A DNA stretch of 64,000 bases, taken from the IMG/VR virus record IMGVR_UViG_3300027668_000012, positions 1-64,000 of that record; one strand, 5' to 3'. A program made the translations under genes and the position numbers. The notes below the pieces were generated by a model. That model saw nothing but the letters and a program-made list of their open reading frames with translations. It was not told the DNA's origin and searched no databases. Numbering within the stretch: the stretch's first letter is position 1; every line of letters begins with the position of its first letter. Below are positions 57,193 through 64,000 of the stretch, piece after piece. Origin of the DNA: an uncultured virus (IMG/VR IMGVR_UViG_3300027668_000012). Taxonomy: Duplodnaviria; Heunggongvirae; Uroviricota; Caudoviricetes.

Positions 57193-57221
57193 TTTACAAA
57201 CATGCTTTGATGTGTTACTAT
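57193..57221 (+). promoter_or_regulatory. promoter for gp45 (TTTACA class)
   Basis: TTTACA-N17-TACTAT. Confidence 0.6.
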
Positions 57222-57249
57222 TCAAAGAACATAAATTGAAAGGTTAATT

Positions 57250-57924
57250 ATGGAACTAAATGAAAATGCTTTGCAGGTCTTAAAGAACTTTGCAACTATC
57301 AATCCAAACATAGTGGTTGAATCTGGGAATATTATTCGAACTCTTTCTGAGGGTAAGAATGTATTTGGTAAAGCCGTACTCGATATAAACTTCCCACAGA
57401 AGTTTGGTGTATACGATCTTAACGAGTTTTTGAATGTTATTGGACTTGTAGATAAACCAGCAATGTCTTTTGAGGACACTCATGTACTCATTAAAGACCA
57501 ATCAGGTCTATCTAAGGTTAAGTATTTCTTTACTGACAGTGAATACCTCACTACGTCTACTAAAGACATCACTATGCCAGACACAGAAATTAATTTTGCT
57601 ATCTCAAATGATACGCTAAATAAGATTAAACGTGCCGCTGGTGCGTTAGGTCATTCGACTTTATCCATTCGTGCAAACAATGGTTCTATAAGTCTAACTG
57701 TATTTGATGAAGCTAATCCTACATCAAACACTTTCTCTATCGATGTTGAAGGAACATATGACACTGATGAGTTCAATGTTGTTTTAAGTATCGCTAACAT
57801 GAAACTATTACCAGGAGACTATAAGGTAGAAATCTCGTCTAAACTAATCTCACATTTTATCAACACAACTTCTGATGCAGAATATTGGATAGCATTAGAA
57901 AAATCATCAAAGTATGGAGCATAA
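57250..57924 (+). CDS. gp45: sliding clamp
   Basis: LKNFATINPNI, FGVYDLNEFL, NMKLLPGDY.V, YWIALE. Confidence 0.94.
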   Translation: MELNENALQVLKNFATINPNIVVESGNIIRTLSEGKNVFGKAVLDINFPQKFGVYDLNEFLNVIGLVDKPAMSFEDTHVLIKDQSGLSKVKYFFTDSEYLTTSTKDITMPDTEINFAISNDTLNKIKRAAGALGHSTLSIRANNGSISLTVFDEANPTSNTFSIDVEGTYDTDEFNVVLSIANMKLLPGDYKVEISSKLISHFINTTSDAEYWIALEKSSKYGA

Positions 57925-57926
57925 TT

Positions 57927-58145
57927 ATGGCATCTAAAGTAGCCGAACAACAAGATCACTCACAGGTTTATGACCTTTCAAATCGTGTAGCACGTAGCTG
58001 TATCGCAGTAGTCGATACATTAACCCAACGTGGTGCATTTAAAGGTGAAGAACTTTCAACAATCGGTGGTCTTCGTGATCAAGCGGCACAACTAATTCAA
58101 GTAGCCGAAGCTTTTCAAGCAGAGAATGCCGCTAACAAAGAATAA
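57927..58145 (+). CDS. conserved hypothetical protein
   Basis: Start at ATG 57927 after GGAG; VVDTLTQRGAFKGEELSTIGGLR. Confidence 0.7.
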   Translation: MASKVAEQQDHSQVYDLSNRVARSCIAVVDTLTQRGAFKGEELSTIGGLRDQAAQLIQVAEAFQAENAANKE

Positions 58146-58149
58146 AGAG

Positions 58150-58178
58150 TTTACATACCGCTCTAATTGACTTACACT
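58150..58178 (+). promoter_or_regulatory. promoter for gp44 (TTTACA class)
   Basis: TTTACA-N17-TACACT. Confidence 0.55.
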
Positions 58179-58195
58179 TACAAATTATTTATATT

Positions 58196-59149
58196 ATGGA
58201 GAGCACAATGACTAAAGACTTTTTATGGGTTGAACGCTATCGTCCTACTAACATAGCTGATACTGTTTTACCTAAAAGCCTAAAGAAAACCTTTCAAGCT
58301 ATAGTAGATTCTGGTGAGATGCAAAACATGCTTTTCACTGGAACTGCTGGCCTTGGTAAGACTACTGTGGCTAAAGCGTTATGCAATGCAATCGGATGTG
58401 ATTACATTGTTGTTAACGGAAGTGAAGAAGGTAACATTGATACGTTACGCGGTAAGATAAAGCAGTTTGCATCTTCTATATCACTTACTGGTAGCTACAA
58501 AGTTGTTATTCTTGATGAGGCAGACTATCTTAATCCGCAATCAACACAACCAGCCCTTCGTGGGTTTATTGAAGAATTCAGTAACAACTGTCGTTTCATC
58601 CTTACTTGTAATTTTAAAAACCGCATTATTGAACCATTACATTCACGTTGTAGTATATATGAATTTAATACGACTAAGAAAAACCTTGCATCATTAGCTG
58701 GTCAATTCATGGCGCGACTAAAGTATATCCTTGATGAAGAAAACGTTAAGTATGAAGACAAAGCTTTAGTGCCAATTATTATGAAGCATGCACCAGATTG
58801 GCGACGTGTTGTCAATGAAGCACAAAGCTTGTCAATGAGTGATAATACAATTCATAACATTAATAATTTAGCCGAAAGCAGTGCTGACTCGTTTAAAGAA
58901 CTTATGCATCATCTAAAAAATAAAGACTGGAAAAAAATGCGTGGATGGGTGGTTAATCACCAAGACCTAGACACTTCTGCTATAATTCGTGGTATATATG
59001 ATAGCATGCTAGACTATCTAAAACCTGCATCAGTACCACAACTTGTGTTAATACTTGCTGATTATCAATACAAGTTTGCCTTCGTTGCAGACTATGAAAT
59101 AAACTTGGTTGCTTGTATGACTGAAGTTATGGATTTGGAGTTTTTATAA
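58196..59149 (+). CDS. gp44: clamp loader large subunit
   Basis: LWVERYRP, GTAGLGKTT, ILDEAD, PLHSRC; start possibly 58208. Confidence 0.95.
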   Translation: MESTMTKDFLWVERYRPTNIADTVLPKSLKKTFQAIVDSGEMQNMLFTGTAGLGKTTVAKALCNAIGCDYIVVNGSEEGNIDTLRGKIKQFASSISLTGSYKVVILDEADYLNPQSTQPALRGFIEEFSNNCRFILTCNFKNRIIEPLHSRCSIYEFNTTKKNLASLAGQFMARLKYILDEENVKYEDKALVPIIMKHAPDWRRVVNEAQSLSMSDNTIHNINNLAESSADSFKELMHHLKNKDWKKMRGWVVNHQDLDTSAIIRGIYDSMLDYLKPASVPQLVLILADYQYKFAFVADYEINLVACMTEVMDLEFL

Positions 59150-59526
59150 TGAACCCATTTGAATATTTAAACGCTATAAATTCAAGCAAAAAAGATATTA
59201 TGGTCGATGATATTACTGAGAAGGCGTATGCGCCTTTTATGATTAATAGATCGCTATCTTACTTTCAAGACACTGTATTTTTTGCAAATGTGATGAATCA
59301 GTACCATCATCTTGATAACAAACTGCAATTTGATTTTCTTATAAATACGATTAGGAAACGAAAACGTTTCTCTAAATGGATTAAACCTGAACTGAATAAT
59401 GACATGGACGTCGTGAAAGAATATTATGGTTATAGCAATGAAAAAGCTCGCCAAGCACTCACACTCTTATCATCTAGTCAAGTTGCAGAAATAAGAAAAA
59501 AGGTGAGTAAAGGTGGAAGAAAATAA
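59149..59526 (+). CDS. gp62: clamp loader small subunit
   Basis: YAPFMINRSLSYFQDT, LQFDFLINTIRKRKRFSKW, VKEYYGYSNEKA. Confidence 0.92.
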   Translation: MNPFEYLNAINSSKKDIMVDDITEKAYAPFMINRSLSYFQDTVFFANVMNQYHHLDNKLQFDFLINTIRKRKRFSKWIKPELNNDMDVVKEYYGYSNEKARQALTLLSSSQVAEIRKKVSKGGRK

Positions 59527-59920
59527 AATAGTTCATTGGACTCCTACAGATATGTTAGAGATCTTATTAAATGAACCAGACGACTTTTTAAAAGTTCGTG
59601 AAACGCTAACACGTATTGGTGTGGCATCAAGAAAAGAAAATAAACTGTATCAGTCATGCCACATCTTGCATAAGCAAGGTAGGTATTTTATTGTACACTT
59701 TAAAGAGTTGTTTTTACTTGATGGTAAGAAAGCTAATCTTGAAGAGAATGATATTAATCGTAGGAATACAATTGCAACTTTGCTTAGTGATTGGGGTCTA
59801 GTCTCATTCGCTGTAAAAGTTGAATTAGATTGTGCACCATTAAGACAGATTAAAATCATTCCTTATAAAGAAAAGACTAATTGGGAGCTATGTCCGAAAT
59901 ACAATATCGGTAATGGTTGA
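59513..59920 (+). CDS. regA: translational repressor RegA
   Basis: PDDFLKVRETLTRIGVAS, LYQSCHILHKQGRYFIVHFKELFLLDGK. Confidence 0.96.
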   Translation: MEENKIVHWTPTDMLEILLNEPDDFLKVRETLTRIGVASRKENKLYQSCHILHKQGRYFIVHFKELFLLDGKKANLEENDINRRNTIATLLSDWGLVSFAVKVELDCAPLRQIKIIPYKEKTNWELCPKYNIGNG

Positions 59921-60483
59921 TGTTTGATGAAACATTCTTAACGCATGTCAGGAATAGGGATTATTATTGCAGTAAACCTTATGACACAATTGACTATGAT
60001 ATGTATGACTTCACAAAGTATTTGGTATCGCATCCTTTAACTTTAACGGATTGGGTTAATCATAGGAAACGTGTAACTTTACGTGATATGCATTTACGAA
60101 GTGGTACACCATCTTTTGCTAAGGATATTCATAAAGCCCTAACAAAAACGTTTCATAAAAACCATATTACCTTGTATGGATTTGCAGGGTTCACTTCCGA
60201 TAGTGAAAGCCATAGTGTCCATAGAGATAAAGAAGATGTGTTGTTTCTTAACGTCATAGGTAGTATTAATTGGAGTATATGGGAATCAGAAGACTGGAAA
60301 GACTATACAATAGACGCAATTACTGATTGGTCAACTGGTGTCGTGAAGTTTGACAAGGTGTTTACTCCTGGTGATCTAATATGGATACCACGTGGCACAT
60401 GGCATTTGATTAAACCACATTGTGCGCGTGTAGGCTTTTCATTCGGAGTAGAAGGTGACATAGATCCTTCTACTTACATATAA
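59917..60483 (+). CDS. JmjC/cupin-type Fe(II)/2OG oxygenase
   Basis: HRD (HxD)...PGDLIWIPRGTWH. Confidence 0.75.
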   Translation: MMFDETFLTHVRNRDYYCSKPYDTIDYDMYDFTKYLVSHPLTLTDWVNHRKRVTLRDMHLRSGTPSFAKDIHKALTKTFHKNHITLYGFAGFTSDSESHSVHRDKEDVLFLNVIGSINWSIWESEDWKDYTIDAITDWSTGVVKFDKVFTPGDLIWIPRGTWHLIKPHCARVGFSFGVEGDIDPSTYI

Positions 60484-60513
60484 ATTCTTTCTTACTTAGA
60501 AATAAAAAAAAGG

Positions 60514-60544
60514 TTGACATCCCTTTATAATTCTGATATAAATA
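60514..60544 (+). promoter_or_regulatory. overlapping sigma70-type and late promoter for hsp20
   Basis: TTGACA-N17-TATAAA, whose -10 box is part of TATAAATA (60537-60544). Confidence 0.7.
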
Positions 60545-60549
60545 CAGAC

Positions 60550-60644
60550 AGACTAACTATGAACAATTTGTAGTAGTCTAATATACGTGAGATGCAGAAA
60601 TCTGGTCTCATAAATCTTGCTTGTAATTAAGGAGAAACTAAATG
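60550..60644 (+). promoter_or_regulatory. ROSE-like RNA thermometer in the hsp20 5' UTR
   Basis: Three hairpins; the last pairs TCTTGCTT with the SD AAGGAGA leaving a bulged G (U(U/C)GCU ROSE signature). Confidence 0.65.
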
Positions 60645-61124
60645 ACAGGCTTAACTCACACCACATTATTTCCACGTGCATCATTCGTTGGATTTGACCA
60701 CCTCTTTAGCGAACTAGACCATGTTGCAAGACATGCAAAAGATCATTACCCACCTCATAACATCATCAGAATTGGACAATCAGATTTTTTGATTGAATTG
60801 GCTGTTGCAGGTTTCGGTGAAGATGAACTCGACATAGAAGTGAAAGATCGAACATTGAGCATAACTGGTGAGCATATATCAAAGGGGAGAGACTTCGTAC
60901 ATCGTGGTATATCTACGAAGAAGTTTAGACGAACCTTTAGACTGTCGGAGCACGTAGAAGTGCATGGAGCCGATATTCAAGACGGCATACTCGCAATTAA
61001 CTTGAAGTATGTTATCCCAGAAGATCAGCGTCCTCGTAAAATTAACATTGGAAAAAACGAGGAATCCAAAAATGACACATACAATACTACTAGTAAACAA
61101 CTACTTAACGAATCCCCTAACTGA
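60642..61124 (+). CDS. hsp20: small heat shock protein (Hsp20/IbpA family)
   Basis: VGFDHLF, YPPHNII, IELAVAGF, HRGIS.KKFRRTFRL, DGILAI, RPRKINI. Confidence 0.93.
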   Translation: MTGLTHTTLFPRASFVGFDHLFSELDHVARHAKDHYPPHNIIRIGQSDFLIELAVAGFGEDELDIEVKDRTLSITGEHISKGRDFVHRGISTKKFRRTFRLSEHVEVHGADIQDGILAINLKYVIPEDQRPRKINIGKNEESKNDTYNTTSKQLLNESPN

Positions 61125-61308
61125 TGCGATCATGGCAGTGTGCCGTTTTTTCAAAGGTTGTCTTGAATCTCTGATTGAGGCTCGTCAAATACACGCCAAT
61201 TTCTACATTGCAAAACTATTGCATGAAAAAGATTACTACAAGACGCATTCATTCCATGCAGTGTATACAGCAGTGAATGAAGGTAAATTAGAGGACTTGA
61301 AGAAATGA
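61072..61308 (+). CDS. hypothetical protein
   Basis: Start MTHTILL at ATG 61072 after GAGGA, overlapping the hsp20 3' end by 53 nt. Confidence 0.6.
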   Translation: MTHTILLVNNYLTNPLTDAIMAVCRFFKGCLESLIEARQIHANFYIAKLLHEKDYYKTHSFHAVYTAVNEGKLEDLKK

Positions 61309-61505
61309 AACTTTTAACAGCAGTCACATCTGCAATATCCGGTGTCGTATTATCTGCACAAAAACCTGCCGACTATCGCAGAACGATAAAAGACTTATCT
61401 TCGCTTACAGATTATGAGCTAAGAGATATAGGTATCTACAGAGGCGACATCGAGACTATCGCCATGTCGAAAGAACCCTATGTTAGGCGTAGACGCTTCT
61501 TCTAA
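61305..61505 (+). CDS. DUF1127-family small protein
   Basis: YRRTIKDLSSLTDYELRDIGIYRGDI matches the L..L.D..L.DIG..R.DI signature. Confidence 0.8.
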   Translation: MKLLTAVTSAISGVVLSAQKPADYRRTIKDLSSLTDYELRDIGIYRGDIETIAMSKEPYVRRRRFF

Positions 61506-61525
61506 GTGGTATATATAGCTACTAT

Positions 61526-61549
61526 GATAGGCCAAATACTTGGCCTGTC
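61526..61549 (+). terminator. stem-loop after the DUF1127 gene
   Basis: GATAGGCCAA-ATAC-TTGGCCTGTC; weak U-tract. Confidence 0.45.
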
Positions 61550-61573
61550 ACTTAAAACACATTGGAGTATATT

Positions 61574-61738
61574 ATGAAACAGCAATTAAATGAAGTTGGT
61601 ACAAGAGTAGAAGTAAGTCGCAGACTTGTTAGTGCAGCCATAGATTTAAGCAAAGAATTAAGCACTGAACTGCATGAAGTCACCTATGATGACGGAAACA
61701 CGGCTATGATTGAAGTTGTTAGAAAGGTAGATTTGTAA
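61574..61738 (+). CDS. hypothetical 54-aa protein
   Basis: Not in track; GGAG RBS; MKQQLNEVGTRVEVSRRLVSAAIDLSKELSTELHEVTYDDGNTAMIEVVRKVDL. Confidence 0.6.
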   Translation: MKQQLNEVGTRVEVSRRLVSAAIDLSKELSTELHEVTYDDGNTAMIEVVRKVDL

Positions 61739-61756
61739 GTCATAAGGAAGATTGTA

Positions 61757-62410
61757 ATGAGCGTTACGGATTACACTGTATCACCAATAACTATACAAGA
61801 AGCTACACCATTTGTTGTTGATTGGCATTACTCCAAGAACACAAATGGCTTGGCTACTCGTTTCTGTTTCGGTCTTTTTGATAAGGCTGAAATGATTGGT
61901 GTTATGATATATGGGTATCTAGGCATGGCAAGTGTTTGGAAGAAGTATGGGGAAGTTGAAACAGACGTTGTTGAACTAAGACGATTGTGCTGTATTGATG
62001 ATACTCCGAAGAATACCGAAAGTTACTTCATATCTCAGACAATCAATTGGTTGAGACAGAACACAGACTGTAAAGTTGTTGTCAGTTATGCTGACAGTAT
62101 GCAAGGTCATGTAGGCACTATATACTATGCATCAAACTTTTACTATTTGGGTATGACTGCAAAGGGTAGATCGATAAAGATTAAAGGTAATGATCGTCTG
62201 TATCACGAAAAGACAATACGGACGTACTACACACCTAAGAATGGCGAGAGGCGTCTTAAACCATACGCACAAAAAATTAAGGAACAGCTAGAGAACGGCG
62301 AAGCAGAGTACGTTCATAGTAAAGGCAAACACATATTCGTATATCCTCTCAATAAGAAGGAAAGACGGAAGTACAAAATGAAAGCAACGAGTATCAAATA
62401 TATTATATAG
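61757..62410 (+). CDS. Mom-like GNAT DNA-modification protein
   Basis: HYS, VELRRLC..D..PKNTESYFI, VVSYAD..QGHVGTIYYASNFYYLG: Mu Mom family pattern. Confidence 0.75.
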   Translation: MSVTDYTVSPITIQEATPFVVDWHYSKNTNGLATRFCFGLFDKAEMIGVMIYGYLGMASVWKKYGEVETDVVELRRLCCIDDTPKNTESYFISQTINWLRQNTDCKVVVSYADSMQGHVGTIYYASNFYYLGMTAKGRSIKIKGNDRLYHEKTIRTYYTPKNGERRLKPYAQKIKEQLENGEAEYVHSKGKHIFVYPLNKKERRKYKMKATSIKYII

Positions 62411-62411
62411 C

Positions 62412-62440
62412 TTTACAAGTATACTAAATTATGATACAAT
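62412..62440 (+). promoter_or_regulatory. promoter for gp43 (TTTACA class)
   Basis: TTTACA-N17-TACAAT. Confidence 0.65.
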
Positions 62441-62464
62441 GCTTACAAATAAGGAGTTTGCGTT

Positions 62465-64000
62465 TTGAGTTTTTACACATCAGTTGAGATTATTGGTAAT
62501 CGTATTGCCTATAGAGGTTACAATGATTTAGGACGTCCTATATCAAACAAGTACAGTTATGAACCGACATTGTTTTTTCCATCTGCCGAAGACACTGGTT
62601 GGAAATCTATGTATGGTGATGATGTTAAACCTAGAACGTTTGGCTCTCCCAATGCAATGCGAGACTTTATTAAAGAACAATCAGAAGTGGCAAATCCTAC
62701 ATATCATGGTATGGACAGAGTTGTTATGCAATTCATTCAAGACAAGTTCCCTGGTGAAGTAAACTTTAAGAAGTCGCATATGAACATTGTCAACTTTGAC
62801 ATTGAGGTACATTCTGAAGATGGGTTTCCTGAGCCAGAAGACGCTCTACATCCTGTCACGGCTATTTGTTGTAAGTCTTCTCGTAATAGCATCTATCATG
62901 TTTGGGGTTGTGGCGAGTACGATTATAATAAATCTCCGCACAAGAATCTTCTTATACAATACCATAGGTGTAATGACGAAATTGATTTACTTACTAAGTG
63001 GATTACATGGTGGAAAGCAGACTATCCTGATGTTATCACAGGTTGGAATATCCGCTTCTTTGATGTGCCTTATCTAGTCAATCGTATTGAGCGACTTGCC
63101 TTAGAACACGATATGGATATTTCTTCAAAGAGTATGTCTCCTTGGAATGATGTGCGTCAAAAGACTGTACGTCTTAAATTCAAAGAGATGAAATCTTATC
63201 AACTCATGGGTATCAATCAATTAGATTACCTAGACTTGTTTCAAAAGTTTGGATACAGTTTCGGACCTCAGGCGTCGTATCGCCTAGATCATATTGCCCA
63301 CGTTGTGGTAGGTGAAAAGAAGTTGTCTTATGAAGAGTTCGGTAGCCTTCGCAACTTATACAAAGAAAACCACCAACTTTACATAGACTATAATGTAAAA
63401 GACGTAGAGCTTATTGAGCGTATAGACGATAAGATTGACTTGATGGGATTAGCCTTGACTATGGGCTATAAGGCTGGATGTAATTTGTCTGAAGTTTTCG
63501 GTACGACTGCAATATGGGATAGTATTGTCTATAGAGCATTACATGATCAAAACATTGTTGTCCCACGTGCAAAATCACATAAAGTCCTTTCGTCTATCGA
63601 TAGTACATTTCCTGGTGGCTACGTCAAAGATGTCACCCCTGGCATGTATGATTGGGTTGTGAGCTTTGACCTTGCGTCTCTATATCCTAACATAATTGCA
63701 CAATGGAATATGTCACCAGAAACGTTGACCATAGATCCTGATAGTAATCATTCTATGGCTGCGACAGGTCAGCGTTTTGACAATAGTAAGAAAGGTTTTA
63801 TGCCTTCTCTTATTGAAGAATACTATGATGATCGTAAGCGTTCTAAGACACGTATGCTTGAAGCGCAGTCAGAGTACCAAATAACACCTACCAAAGAACT
63901 TGAGCGTGAGATTGCTACTTTGACTAATCGTCAAATGGCTATTAAAATTCTTATGAATAGTCTATATGGTGCGATGGGTAATAAGTATTATCGTTACTTT
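62465..64000 (+). CDS. gp43: family B DNA polymerase, 3' end outside window
   Basis: Not in track. TTG start after AAGGAG; MSFYTSV..., FDIEV (ExoI), GWNIRFFD (ExoII), YNVKD (ExoIII), SFDLASLYP (motif A), KILMNSLYG (motif B); open to the window end. Confidence 0.96.
   Translation, partial: MSFYTSVEIIGNRIAYRGYNDLGRPISNKYSYEPTLFFPSAEDTGWKSMYGDDVKPRTFGSPNAMRDFIKEQSEVANPTYHGMDRVVMQFIQDKFPGEVNFKKSHMNIVNFDIEVHSEDGFPEPEDALHPVTAICCKSSRNSIYHVWGCGEYDYNKSPHKNLLIQYHRCNDEIDLLTKWITWWKADYPDVITGWNIRFFDVPYLVNRIERLALEHDMDISSKSMSPWNDVRQKTVRLKFKEMKSYQLMGINQLDYLDLFQKFGYSFGPQASYRLDHIAHVVVGEKKLSYEEFGSLRNLYKENHQLYIDYNVKDVELIERIDDKIDLMGLALTMGYKAGCNLSEVFGTTAIWDSIVYRALHDQNIVVPRAKSHKVLSSIDSTFPGGYVKDVTPGMYDWVVSFDLASLYPNIIAQWNMSPETLTIDPDSNHSMAATGQRFDNSKKGFMPSLIEEYYDDRKRSKTRMLEAQSEYQITPTKELEREIATLTNRQMAIKILMNSLYGAMGNKYYRYF

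Noticed and set aside
62559..63077. Track ORFs 62559..62762 and 62787..63077
   Set aside because: They are alternative-frame fragments inside gp43, which the track missed because it runs off the window.

Overview
A 64 kb segment of a large T4-like myovirus genome, AT-rich and probably from an aquatic phage. A DUF1127 gene and an IbpA-type Hsp20 with a ROSE-like leader suggest a proteobacterial, possibly alphaproteobacterial, host. Left end (minus strand): a DNA methyltransferase (truncated by the window edge), a MazG-like protein, small ORFs, a tRNA-like RNA, a probable tape measure, gp51, gp26, gp54-like, gp2 and gp4. The long plus-strand virion module follows: gp48, gp53, hub, a gp5 split into three genes with two peptidoglycan hydrolases, gp25, gp6, gp7, gp9-like, gp8 and a split VrlC-like protein. 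Next come fibre proteins interrupted by a cassette of three glycosyltransferases and an oxygenase, then gp13-gp17, a QueC-like gene and gp18-gp23. A small minus-strand ORF island precedes gp3, uvsY, uvsW, gp55, gp47, gp46, gp45, gp44, gp62, regA, a JmjC oxygenase, hsp20, DUF1127, a Mom-like acetyltransferase and the 5' part of gp43. The most interesting signals are: (1) Asp-Ser motifs enriched in surface virion proteins beside the phage glycosyltransferase cassette, a candidate virion-wide O-glycosylation system; (2) a U8 slippery site that would fuse gp26 to gp51 by -1 frameshift just upstream of the tape measure; (3) a fibre protein with two length-matched Tyr-repeat arms; (4) two copies of an antisense sigma70 promoter element 40 kb apart; (5) a tRNA-like RNA with an upstream pseudoknot; (6) a ROSE-like thermometer on hsp20. 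All assignments come from motif recognition and synteny by eye; no database searches were run.
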